A stretch of 64,000 bases of DNA from contig OY782041.1 of the NCBI GenBank assembly GCA_963677595.1, positions 4,261,377 through 4,325,376 on the forward strand, read 5' to 3'. The stretch is from Spirochaetia bacterium. Lineage in GTDB: Bacteria > Spirochaetota > Spirochaetia > CAKZLE01. Shown one piece after another: positions 30,223 through 39,372 of this stretch (positions are counted from its first letter, which is position 1; the number at the start of each line of letters is the position of its first letter). The position numbers and the translations under genes are program-made. The notes beneath the pieces were generated by a model. The model worked only from the letters and a program-made list of their open reading frames with translations, was not told where the DNA came from and did no database searches.

Positions 30223-30965
30223 AGCAGACCGCTCTTCAGGGTATTGAGATACCCACCGGTGAGGCTGTCCATATACCTGAGCAGCAGGTGCTTCATCCGG
30301 TCTGCCTGGGCTGACGGAAGCCGTACCGATGCCGCCCGCTCCACCGGGAGGCTCCCGGTATAGTGGAGGTACCGTCTCTGGGCATACCCCAGGGCGGTGA
30401 ACTCATCGCGTGAGGAAGAACAGTCAGCACACCAGAGACCATGCTCGGTGAGGTTCAGCCATGCAGCCTCCTCCCCGAACGAACGCCCGCAGGAGGCGCA
30501 TGAACCAAGGTCAGGTTCCAGCCCGAAGAGCCCGAGGAACCGCCAGGAACCCTGTATCAGGAGGTAGGCATGCTCTTCCACCCCCTCAAGCAGGTCCAGC
30601 AGCCTGGTCAGCAGGTCATAGGTCTGCTCATGATCACCCCCGCTGCCGAACGATTTCAGGACGACCTCTGCGAAGAAGGAGGCCGTGTAGAGGGAGGTGA
30701 GGTCCTGCTGCAGGTACTCCCGATAGGCATACGGCTTGACGTCCTCTATCTTGTATTGATCCTTCTGCGGATTATGGTAGAGAAAGAACCGCCCGGAGAC
30801 GAAGGGGCTGACCATACCCGCGAGCTTGCCGGTCCCCTTCCGGGAACCGAAGGCCGCAGCCTGTATGATCCCCAGTCCCGGGGAGAGGAGATGAATGATC
30901 CTGTGGGTATCACCCATCCTCACGCTCTTGAGGATGACCGCATCACACTGGTGGTGTCTCGTCAT
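30219..30965 (-). CDS. recO: DNA repair protein RecO
   Basis: OB-fold N-terminus; zinc finger CASCG...CADC. Confidence 0.88.
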   Translation of the reverse strand: MTRHHQCDAVILKSVRMGDTHRIIHLLSPGLGIIQAAAFGSRKGTGKLAGMVSPFVSGRFFLYHNPQKDQYKIEDVKPYAYREYLQQDLTSLYTASFFAEVVLKSFGSGGDHEQTYDLLTRLLDLLEGVEEHAYLLIQGSWRFLGLFGLEPDLGSCASCGRSFGEEAAWLNLTEHGLWCADCSSSRDEFTALGYAQRRYLHYTGSLPVERAASVRLPSAQADRMKHLLLRYMDSLTGGYLNTLKSGLL

Positions 30966-31405
30966 ACCGTGGCGGAGACCACCCGCCGGTCACTGAACTG
31001 CTCCACGACCGACTCGAGTAGTGCAGCGGCATACTCCACGACCTTCAGGCACCGCAGACTCTCGTCATGGTGCTGCTCCTTGAGCAGCGTGCAGCCGATC
31101 GTACCGTAGAGGGCTTCGAACCGCTCCATGTAGGTACTGCCCACTTCCTTCATGAGTTCTCCCTCATGGGCCCGTTCTGCCACGAAGAGGTACCCTAAGG
31201 CCATCATGGCACCTGATACAGCGCCGCAGACTCCTCCTACACACATTCCGCCGCCGAAACCGGCAGCGATCCGCAGGGTCTCATGGTCGAGGCCCAGTCC
31301 GTAGAAGGCATCCGCACCGAGGATCACCGATTCTGCACAGTTGTAATCATCTTCCAGATAGAACTTTGCCGCTTCCTGCGACAGACTCTTATTTGCCATA
31401 CTCAT
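30962..31405 (-). CDS. C-GCAxxG-C-C family putative redox protein
   Basis: YNCAESV, GFGGG, CGAVSG, downstream Cys residues. Confidence 0.85.
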   Translation of the reverse strand: MSMANKSLSQEAAKFYLEDDYNCAESVILGADAFYGLGLDHETLRIAAGFGGGMCVGGVCGAVSGAMMALGYLFVAERAHEGELMKEVGSTYMERFEALYGTIGCTLLKEQHHDESLRCLKVVEYAAALLESVVEQFSDRRVVSATV

Positions 31406-31438
31406 ATCCTGATACCTTAGTTATTTTGTCCACTTGCG

Positions 31439-31840
31439 TCAATGGAGCGCATCCTCAACAGCCTTGAGGATCGTAAGCGAGCTGTAGGTAGCCCCAGCGA
31501 TGACATCCACCTCAAGGGACTGCCTCTCGATGACCGTGCCGAGGATGGCCTCGGCAGCCTGTCCCTTCCCGTTCCGGTGGTCCACCAGCACGATCCTCTC
31601 TATCCTATGGTCACCGATGGTGACCTCCACAACAGCTGCGACGGCAGCATTGCCGAAGGAACCCGCATAGGTGCCGTCGTCCAGCATGGAGAGGTCCGGG
31701 GAGGATATATCCTCCAGCTTGAGGGACTCAAGCTCCTCAGTGATCTTCGCCAGCATGGACTTCCCGACGATCGCCACCGTGATCCCCAGTATGATGAGGA
31801 TGACCGCCGTGACCAGCAGGACCTTATACCGCTTCTTCAT
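31439..31840 (-). CDS. Membrane-anchored FMN-binding domain protein
   Basis: DGTYAGS...VDVIAGATYSS flavinylation-type motif. Confidence 0.85.
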   Translation of the reverse strand: MKKRYKVLLVTAVILIILGITVAIVGKSMLAKITEELESLKLEDISSPDLSMLDDGTYAGSFGNAAVAAVVEVTIGDHRIERIVLVDHRNGKGQAAEAILGTVIERQSLEVDVIAGATYSSLTILKAVEDALH

Positions 31841-32861
31841 GACTGCCCTCCTGCTTTCGTATCCTCTTCTTCAACCTGATCAGCCTCTTGAGGCGCTTCC
31901 GCGTCCTGCCCAACTGCTTCAACCCCTTAGTGCTCGGGTCATCACGATAGGTCTCGAAGGTCTCCCGGTCCCGACCGATCCTGCGCTGCAGGAGCTCATC
32001 CAGGCCCGAGAGTGCATCGATCCTCGCCTGCAGCGACCGCGCAGCTGAGGGCATCCTGCCCTTCGGGTCACCCTTCATCAGCCGGCGGACAGCCCTGGCC
32101 TTCCTGCGCCTGCCCATGATCGCAGCAGTAACCCTGCCGCCGAGGGATAACCGCCAGATGAGAAGGCAGAGTAACAGGAGGAACAGCCCGATGACGATGA
32201 GGGAATTCCTGACCGACCAGGCACCCCACAACCCATACCAGCGGTACCCGGAGGCAAAGAGCTCATCATAGGAACGCCCCTCTGCGAGCCGTTGGTACTG
32301 GTCAGCCGACAGCGTGACCTGCCTCATCCTCGATGAGGATGGATCGATGCGGACCACGACGGACTGTTCGGACTCGATCTCGAGGTCCCAGGACCTGCTC
32401 CCTGCATGGATCGTGTAGTCCCCTGCCGTCACGGGGATCTCTGCTGGTGCGATCCAGGGGGTCCCGTCGAAGGAGAAGGCGGTATCGGGGTCCGAGGCCG
32501 TCACGACCAGGCGGGTGTCCCCTTCAGGGGCTGCGACCAGGACCCTGGCCCCTTCACCGACAGCGATGCCAGGCAAGGTTCGCTCAAGGAGGATCTCGCT
32601 ACGTTCTCCCTCAGTGATACGGACCGGCTCATCGATCATCCGGTACCCCTGGAGGTAGGCCTCAACGCGATGAAGTCCCTCTGCGAGGTAGATGACCATC
32701 CCCTGCTCGAAGGCGAGCTCCCGGTTGTCCACCCTGAGGTCCCATGAGAGACCGGCTTCCTCCGAATAGAGCTGAAGGGTCCCGTCAGCGATGAGGCTGG
32801 AGGGAAATAGACAGAGAAGGAGGAAGATGATGAGGGTGGGCAGGGTTCGCATCGGTTTCAT
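31824..32861 (-). CDS. Hypothetical protein: signal peptide, PEGA-like domains, TM helix, basic cytoplasmic tail
   Basis: LAEGLHRVEAYLQGY PEGA-like pattern; TM segment near aa 220-240; Arg/Lys-rich C-terminus. Confidence 0.6.
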   Translation of the reverse strand: MKPMRTLPTLIIFLLLCLFPSSLIADGTLQLYSEEAGLSWDLRVDNRELAFEQGMVIYLAEGLHRVEAYLQGYRMIDEPVRITEGERSEILLERTLPGIAVGEGARVLVAAPEGDTRLVVTASDPDTAFSFDGTPWIAPAEIPVTAGDYTIHAGSRSWDLEIESEQSVVVRIDPSSSRMRQVTLSADQYQRLAEGRSYDELFASGYRWYGLWGAWSVRNSLIVIGLFLLLLCLLIWRLSLGGRVTAAIMGRRRKARAVRRLMKGDPKGRMPSAARSLQARIDALSGLDELLQRRIGRDRETFETYRDDPSTKGLKQLGRTRKRLKRLIRLKKRIRKQEGSHEEAV

Positions 32862-32998
32862 GACTCCTATTCTATATCTTTCGGGGCAGTATTAACAACC
32901 ATTTCCTCTGGGGATTATCACCAAAACGGGAAGGAGACGGAAACCGGTTGACTTCCGGCATCTTTTGATCCATAACTTCTTAGTACAGGGGGACTGGC

Positions 32999-33493
32999 AT
33001 GGAGAGGAAGATACATATCATAGCGACCGGGGGGACGTTCGACAAACAGTATGATGAACTGAAGGGGGAGCTGACCTTCAAGAGTTCCCATCTCGGCGAC
33101 ATCATGCGGATCGTCCGCTGCACCATCCCCTATGAGTTGACCTTCCTTACCCTCAAGGACAGCCTCCTCATGGATGAACATGACCGTTCCGCGATCCTGG
33201 AAGCCTGCAGGAAGAGCGACTCTGAACTGATCATCATCATCCACGGGACCGACACCATGGACCAGACCGCCGCCGTCCTCGGGGAGGCAGCCCTTGGGAA
33301 GACCATCATCCTGACAGGGGCCATGGTCCCCTACAGCGTCTCGGGCTCCGATGCGGTCTTCAACCTCGGCACGGCTGTCAGCTACGTCCAGACCCAGCCT
33401 CCCGGCGTCTACATCAGCATGAACGGCAGGTGCTTCACCTATGACAACGTCCGGAAGGACCGGGACCGGGGACTCTTCGAAACTTTGGATTGA
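32999..33493 (+). CDS. Single-domain asparaginase/glutaminase family protein
   Basis: ATGGTFDK, HGTDTM, ILTGAM, SDAVFNLG. Confidence 0.88.
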   Translation: MERKIHIIATGGTFDKQYDELKGELTFKSSHLGDIMRIVRCTIPYELTFLTLKDSLLMDEHDRSAILEACRKSDSELIIIIHGTDTMDQTAAVLGEAALGKTIILTGAMVPYSVSGSDAVFNLGTAVSYVQTQPPGVYISMNGRCFTYDNVRKDRDRGLFETLD

Positions 33494-33518
33494 CCGACAC
33501 TACGGGATTGATTTCTTC

Positions 33519-33534
33519 CCTACAATTTTGTAGG
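33519..33534. promoter_or_regulatory. Palindromic operator copy 1 (CCTACA-W4-TGTAGG) at the activator's own start
   Basis: CCTACAATTTTGTAGG, 8 nt before ATG 33543. Confidence 0.7.
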
Positions 33535-33542
33535 ATACGGTC

Positions 33543-35078
33543 ATGAACAGTGTGAATGAATTGCAAGTGTTGTATGAGATCAGCAAGATCCTCGATGAGA
33601 CGGAAGACCTCAAGAAGATCCTCACCCCTATCCTCGATTCCATCGCCGGGCACTCCCCGGTGATCAGGGGCTCCATCACCCTCCTCAACCGTGACACCGA
33701 CCAGATCAACATCGAATCGGCTTTCGGCCTGACCGACTCCCAGAAACGGAAGGGAAGCTACCGCATCGGCGAGGGGATCACCGGAAAGGTCGTCCAGTCC
33801 GGGCAGCCCGTGGTGATCAATGACATCGCTGCCGATGTCCGATACATGAACAAGACCGGTGCTGAGAATGATGCCATCGAGCATGACCGCCGGGTATCCT
33901 TCATCTGCATCCCCATCATCAGCGACAACGAGACGGTCGGGACCCTCAACATCTCCATCGTCAACCTCGATGACGCACAGATAGAACAGTACTTCAAGTT
34001 CCTCTCCGTCATCGCCTCGATGATCGCGAGGGCGGTGAAGATGCGGCAGGAACTGCGCGAGGAGAAGGAACGGCTCGTGGCAGAGAACGACCGCCTGAAG
34101 CGGGAGCTGCGCGAACGATACCAGCCTGCGAACATCATAGGGAAGTCGCAGAGCATGCAGGAGGTCTTCGACCTCATCTCCCAGGTCAGTTCCAGCGAGG
34201 CGACTGTCCTCATCAGGGGCGAGAGCGGGACCGGGAAGGAGCTCGTGGCCCAGGAGATCCACTACAACTCACTGCGGGCAGGCAAGCCCTTCATCAAGGT
34301 AAACTGTGCAGCCTTGCCCGAGAGCATCATCGAGAGCGAGCTCTTCGGCCATGAGAAGGGAGCCTTCACCGGTGCCCACACCCTCCGCAAGGGGCGTTTC
34401 GAGCTGGCAGACAAGGGGACCCTCTTCCTTGACGAGATCGGGGAACTCTCCCCCCAGATGCAGGTGAAACTGCTCAGGGCTATCCAGGAGCAGGAGTTCG
34501 AGCGGGTCGGCGGGATCAAGACCATCAGGGTCGATGTCCGTATCATCACGGCAACGAACCGGAACCTGGAAGAGGAGATCGCCAAGGGAACCTTCCGCGA
34601 GGACCTCTACTACCGGCTGAACGTCTTCCCCATCCATATACCGCCATTACGGGAACGAAAGAGCGACATCATGCTGCTCTGCGACCATTTCATCGACAAG
34701 TACAACCGGAAGAACCGCCGGAGCATCAAGCGCATCACCAGTGCGGCAATAGACCTCCTGATGATGTACCACTGGCCCGGGAACGTGCGGGAGCTCGAGA
34801 ACTGCATCGAACGGTCAGTCCTCATCAGTATGGATGAGGTCATCCATGCCTACCACCTCCCCCCCTCGCTGCAGTCCGCCGAGTCGTCGAACACCCAGTT
34901 CAGCTCGACGCTCAAGGACGCCGTGGAGGAACTCGAGCGGGAGCTGATCGCCGACGCCCTCAAGAACGCACGGGGAAACCGTGCCAAGGCAGCGCGGAAC
35001 CTCGGGATCACCGAACGTATCATGGGACTGCGCATCGACAAGTACCGGATCACCCCCGACCAATACAAACAGCAATAA
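33543..35078 (+). CDS. NifA-like sigma-54 enhancer-binding protein (GAF-AAA+-HTH)
   Basis: GAF (GEGITGKV), [42 protein letters not shown]-terminal HTH. Confidence 0.93.
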   Translation: MNSVNELQVLYEISKILDETEDLKKILTPILDSIAGHSPVIRGSITLLNRDTDQINIESAFGLTDSQKRKGSYRIGEGITGKVVQSGQPVVINDIAADVRYMNKTGAENDAIEHDRRVSFICIPIISDNETVGTLNISIVNLDDAQIEQYFKFLSVIASMIARAVKMRQELREEKERLVAENDRLKRELRERYQPANIIGKSQSMQEVFDLISQVSSSEATVLIRGESGTGKELVAQEIHYNSLRAGKPFIKVNCAALPESIIESELFGHEKGAFTGAHTLRKGRFELADKGTLFLDEIGELSPQMQVKLLRAIQEQEFERVGGIKTIRVDVRIITATNRNLEEEIAKGTFREDLYYRLNVFPIHIPPLRERKSDIMLLCDHFIDKYNRKNRRSIKRITSAAIDLLMMYHWPGNVRELENCIERSVLISMDEVIHAYHLPPSLQSAESSNTQFSSTLKDAVEELERELIADALKNARGNRAKAARNLGITERIMGLRIDKYRITPDQYKQQ

Positions 35079-35079
35079 T

Positions 35080-35125
35080 CTGACATTTATGTAGGCATAA
35101 CCATGTTTGCCTACATAAATGTAGA
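35080..35125. promoter_or_regulatory. Tandem upstream activator sites for amt-PII
   Basis: CTGACATTTATGTAGG (35080) and CCTACATAAATGTAGA (35110), 30-bp spacing. Confidence 0.72.
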
Positions 35126-35235
35126 AGGTGCAGCCGGGGCGGGTCATCCCGCCCCGATACTGAACCTCAATCACCTGACATTCTATCTTATTATCCTTAA
35201 ATCATTTACAACTTTTCTACTTCATCTACGTAGAA

Positions 35236-35252
35236 TTGGCACACATCCTGCT
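35236..35252 (+). promoter_or_regulatory. sigma-54 (-24/-12) promoter of amt-PII
   Basis: TTGGCACACATCCTGCT. Confidence 0.85.
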
Positions 35253-35289
35253 TTAAGTATGGCAACACACATACAAACAGGAGATGTAT

Positions 35290-36612
35290 ATGAAGTACAA
35301 AATCATTCTTATGATTGCAGCACTACTACTTATGTGCAGTGGTATGCTCTTTGCTGATGAACTCGCTGACACAGTGACCGTTCATCAGGATGCGCTGGAC
35401 ATGATCTGGCTGATTCTGGCAGCAGCCCTGGTCTTCTTCATGCAGGCCGGATTCGCCATGGTCGAGATGGGACTTACCCGGGCAAAGAATGCCGGTAACA
35501 TCATCATGAAGAACCTGATGGATTTCGCTGCCGGTGCAGTGATCTACTGGGCTATCGGATGGGGACTCATGTATGGGGCAAGCGTCGGCGGCCTCTTCGG
35601 GGCTTCACAGTTCTTCCTCAAGGCAGCTGACTACATCCTTTTCCGAGACTGGATGTTCCAGGTAGTCTTCGCAGCTACCGCAGCCACCATCGTATCAGGA
35701 GCTATGGCTGAGAGAACCAAATTCTCATCATACCTGGCTTACAGTGTGTTCATTTCCGGTCTGATCTACCCGATCTCAGGTCACTGGATCTGGGCAGGCG
35801 GCTGGCTTGCGAACCTCGGCTTCCATGACTTCGCTGGTTCTACCGTAGTTCACTCAGTCGGTGGATGGGCTGCCCTCTCAGGCGCTATCTTCCTCGGACC
35901 GAGAATCGGTAAGTACGTGAAGTCTAACGGCAAGACGACTTCCAAGGCTATCCTTGGACATAACCTCCCCATCGCCAGCCTCGGTGTATTCATCCTCTGG
36001 TTCGGCTGGTACGGGTTCAACTGCGGATCTACCCTCAGCGGTACTGACATGACTATCGCATCCGTTGCTGTCACCACCACACTCGGTGCCTCAACCGGAG
36101 CTATCGGGGCCATGATCATCTCATGGATCCTCTTCAAGAAACCTGATGTATCGATGTCACTCAACGGTGCTTTGGCCGGTCTCGTTGGTATCACCGCCCC
36201 GACTGCAGTCGTGACACCCTTCGGTGCAGTCATCATCGGCCTGGTAGCAGGAATACTGGTAGTATTCTCCGTAGAGTTCATCGACAAGGTCCTCCATATC
36301 GATGATCCAGTCGGTGCAGTATCAGTACACGGTGTCTGCGGTGTCTGGGGTACCCTGGCAGTTGGCCTCTTCGCCAACACTGACGACATCAAGGGCCTCT
36401 TCTACGGCGGCGGTTTCGGACAGCTCGGTGTACAGGCACTCGGCGCCCTCTCCGTATTCGCATGGGTCTTCGGTACTGCTTCACTGCTCTTCTTCATCAT
36501 CAAGAAGGTCAACGGCCTGCGGGTCAGCGAGACTGAAGAGCTTGTCGGACTGGACCTGAGTGAGCATGGAACCGAATCTTACAGCGGTTTCCAGATCTTC
36601 ACCAACATGTAA
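35290..36612 (+). CDS. amtB: Ammonium transporter
   Basis: FFMQAGFAMVE, FQVVFAAT, DFAGSTVVH, WFGWYGFN, IDDPVGAVSVHG. Confidence 0.96.
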   Translation: MKYKIILMIAALLLMCSGMLFADELADTVTVHQDALDMIWLILAAALVFFMQAGFAMVEMGLTRAKNAGNIIMKNLMDFAAGAVIYWAIGWGLMYGASVGGLFGASQFFLKAADYILFRDWMFQVVFAATAATIVSGAMAERTKFSSYLAYSVFISGLIYPISGHWIWAGGWLANLGFHDFAGSTVVHSVGGWAALSGAIFLGPRIGKYVKSNGKTTSKAILGHNLPIASLGVFILWFGWYGFNCGSTLSGTDMTIASVAVTTTLGASTGAIGAMIISWILFKKPDVSMSLNGALAGLVGITAPTAVVTPFGAVIIGLVAGILVVFSVEFIDKVLHIDDPVGAVSVHGVCGVWGTLAVGLFANTDDIKGLFYGGGFGQLGVQALGALSVFAWVFGTASLLFFIIKKVNGLRVSETEELVGLDLSEHGTESYSGFQIFTNM

Positions 36613-36629
36613 CAAACGAGGAGTAATGT

Positions 36630-36971
36630 ATGAAACTGATTATTGCCTATATACAGCCGGACAAACTGAACGCTGTCAAACAGGAACTGTATAAGAAGGA
36701 GATCTACAAGATCTCAGTGACCAACGCCATGGGCTGCGGTCAGCAGAAAGGATACAAGGAGACCTACCGTGGTGTAGACATGGAAGTCAACCTCCTAAAG
36801 AAGATGAGGATCGAGATCGCGGTCAACGACTCATTCGTGAACCCCACGATAGACTCGATCATCAAGGGAGCCCAGACCAACACCATCGGTGACGGGAAGA
36901 TCTTCGTGCTGCCTATCGAGGAGTGCATCAGGATCCGGAACAAGGATACCGGCACCAAGGCGATCGGCTAG
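36630..36971 (+). CDS. glnK: P-II nitrogen regulatory protein (GlnK/GlnB)
   Basis: GCGQQKG..YRG T-loop, IGDGKIFV, RIR; directly after amt. Confidence 0.9.
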   Translation: MKLIIAYIQPDKLNAVKQELYKKEIYKISVTNAMGCGQQKGYKETYRGVDMEVNLLKKMRIEIAVNDSFVNPTIDSIIKGAQTNTIGDGKIFVLPIEECIRIRNKDTGTKAIG

Positions 36972-36987
36972 TACCTGAAAGGTAAAA

Positions 36988-37034
36988 CCTACAATTATGT
37001 AATTATTGATTCAATTATTTTACATTTTTGTAGG
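36988..37034. promoter_or_regulatory. Tandem upstream activator sites for GS-III
   Basis: CCTACAATTATGTAAT (36988) and TTTACATTTTTGTAGG (37019), 31-bp spacing. Confidence 0.72.
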
Positions 37035-37109
37035 TTTTACTGGCCAACATAACACGACAAAACCAATAAGATAACAGTTAATTTTTTACTATGAAAACAA
37101 TTGCCTATT

Positions 37110-37126
37110 TTGGCACACAACTTGCT
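37110..37126 (+). promoter_or_regulatory. sigma-54 (-24/-12) promoter of GS-III
   Basis: TTGGCACACAACTTGCT. Confidence 0.88.
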
Positions 37127-37169
37127 AATCTTTAGCAAACATATAATACTAATTTCAAGGAGTATATAG

Positions 37170-39293
37170 ATGTCAGAGTGTATAGATTTCACGCTTAAAA
37201 GCCTTCCTGAAGTGTACGGTGAGAACTGCTTCAGCGATGTGGTGATGCAGGAGAGACTGCCGTCCAAGGTGTACAAGGATCTGAAGAAGGTCCAGAAGGG
37301 AGAAGCAGAACTCTCCGCCGAAGTCGCAGAAGTCGTGGCGAACGCCATGAAGGACTGGGCCCTGGAGAAGGGAGCTACCCACTACACCCACTGGTTCCAG
37401 CCGCTGACCGGCTTGACGGCTGAGAAGCACGATTCATTCATCAACCCCAATGCAGACGGCACCGTCCTGATGGAGTTCTCCGGAAAGGAACTCATCCAGG
37501 GTGAACCTGATGCATCATCATTCCCCTCAGGCGGACTGAGAGCGACCTTCGAGGCTCGAGGGTACACCGCTTGGGATACCACCAGCCCTGCCGTCATCAA
37601 GGAGAACCTGGGAGTCAAGACCCTGACGATCCCCACAGCGTTCATCTCCTACACCGGCGAGGCACTTGACAAGAAAGTACCATTGCTCCGAAGTATGGAA
37701 GCAATCAATAAAGAGGGGCTCCGTGTACTCCGGGCCATGGGTAACACCACCAGCTCAAGGATCACCACCAATGTAGGTCCCGAGCAGGAGTACTTCCTGA
37801 TCGACGAGGAGTTCTACGATGAACGACCTGACCTCCGCCTGACCGGAAGGACCGTGTTCGGCACCATGAGCGCGAAAGGCCAGGAGATGGACGACCACTA
37901 CTTCGGCGCCATCAAGGAACGAGTCGCAGTCTTCATGAAAGAACTCAACTACGACCTCTGGAAACTCGGCATCTCCGCCAAGACCCAGCATAACGAGGTT
38001 GCCCCCAACCAGTTCGAGATCGCATCGATCTACGACACGGCCAACAGGTCAACCGACAACAACCAGCTGCTGATGGAGGTCATCAAGAACGTCGCGAAAC
38101 GACACGGCCTCGTCGCCCTGCTCCATGAGAAACCCTTCGCAGGCGTCAACGGCTCAGGAAAGCACAACAACTGGTCCATCGGAACCGATGACGGCCTCAA
38201 CCTCCTCAAACCCGGCGACAGCCCCGAGGATAACGCACACTTCCTCGTATTCCTCACTGCAGTGATCAAGGCAGTCGATGTCTATGCACCGCTTCTGAGG
38301 ATGTCTGCAGCGAACGCAGGTAACGATCACCGGCTCGGCGCCAATGAGGCACCGCCAGCGATCATCTCCATCTTCCTCGGCGACCAGCTCAAGGAGATCC
38401 TTGACTCCATCGTCGATGGGAAGGAACTGAAGAAGCGTGACGGCCAGCTCGTGGAGGTCGGCGTGACGACCATCCCGAAGTTCCCCAAGGATGCTACCGA
38501 CAGGAACAGGACCTCACCCTTTGCCTTCACCGGCAACAAGTTCGAGTTCAGGATGGTCGGTTCAAGCCAGTCACTCGCAGGACCGAACACGATCCTCAAC
38601 AGCTGTGTCGCAGAGGTCCTCTCAGAGGTCGCTGACCGACTCGAGGGTGCTGACGATGTCCTGGCAGAGATGAAGGATATCATCAACGAATACTACAGCG
38701 CCCACCGAAGGGTCGTGTTCAATGGTAACGGGTACTCAGACGAATGGGTAGCAGAAGCAACCAAGCGGGAGCTCCCGAACCTCAAGAATACCGTATCAGC
38801 CGTGAAGATCCTGACTGACGACGACTATGTCAAGATGTTCGACAAGCTCGGTGTCTACTCACCTGCTGAGATCGAATCACGACTCGAGATCAACCTCGAG
38901 ACCTACAGCAAGCAGATCAACATCGAAGCCGGCGTCATGGTAGAGATGGCCAAGAGGCTGATCGTACCGGCTTCTACCCGATACCTGCAGGAGATCATCG
39001 ACTCGATCGCCGGGCAGACAGCCATGGGTCTTGACCCTGCTGCACAGAAGGCACTCTGCGCGAAGATCTCTGAGAACATCAACGCTACCATCGTCGCTGC
39101 AGACAAGCTGGAAGTAGAGATGAACGCTGCACTCGCACTGGAAGAGAGCGTCTCAGCCCAGGCTGATGCGTATTACGAGAAGGTCGTACCCGCTATGGCC
39201 GAACTGAGAGTATATGGGGATGCACTTGAGAAACTGACTGACAAGGCATACTGGCCGTATCCCTCATATGAAGATATGCTTTTCCGGCTCTAA
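37170..39293 (+). CDS. glnN: Glutamine synthetase type III
   Basis: THWFQPLTG, EPDASSFPSGG, HNEVAPNQFE, KPFAGVNGSGKH, DRNRTSPFAFTGNKFEFR. Confidence 0.93.
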   Translation: MSECIDFTLKSLPEVYGENCFSDVVMQERLPSKVYKDLKKVQKGEAELSAEVAEVVANAMKDWALEKGATHYTHWFQPLTGLTAEKHDSFINPNADGTVLMEFSGKELIQGEPDASSFPSGGLRATFEARGYTAWDTTSPAVIKENLGVKTLTIPTAFISYTGEALDKKVPLLRSMEAINKEGLRVLRAMGNTTSSRITTNVGPEQEYFLIDEEFYDERPDLRLTGRTVFGTMSAKGQEMDDHYFGAIKERVAVFMKELNYDLWKLGISAKTQHNEVAPNQFEIASIYDTANRSTDNNQLLMEVIKNVAKRHGLVALLHEKPFAGVNGSGKHNNWSIGTDDGLNLLKPGDSPEDNAHFLVFLTAVIKAVDVYAPLLRMSAANAGNDHRLGANEAPPAIISIFLGDQLKEILDSIVDGKELKKRDGQLVEVGVTTIPKFPKDATDRNRTSPFAFTGNKFEFRMVGSSQSLAGPNTILNSCVAEVLSEVADRLEGADDVLAEMKDIINEYYSAHRRVVFNGNGYSDEWVAEATKRELPNLKNTVSAVKILTDDDYVKMFDKLGVYSPAEIESRLEINLETYSKQINIEAGVMVEMAKRLIVPASTRYLQEIIDSIAGQTAMGLDPAAQKALCAKISENINATIVAADKLEVEMNAALALEESVSAQADAYYEKVVPAMAELRVYGDALEKLTDKAYWPYPSYEDMLFRL

Positions 39294-39338
39294 TAGGTAG
39301 AGTCTGGACATATACACACTGCGCATTCATATGCACCT

Positions 39339-39372
39339 GGAGATCGCCGGCAACGGCGGTCTCCTCTTTTTT
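39339..39372 (+). terminator. Intrinsic terminator after GS-III
   Basis: GGAGATCGCCG-gcaa-CGGCGGTCTCC plus T-tract. Confidence 0.8.

Noticed and set aside
33543-35078. Calling the activator nifA and inferring nitrogen fixation
   Set aside because: No nif genes in the window; the visible targets are amt-PII and GS-III, and the operator is not TGT-N10-ACA
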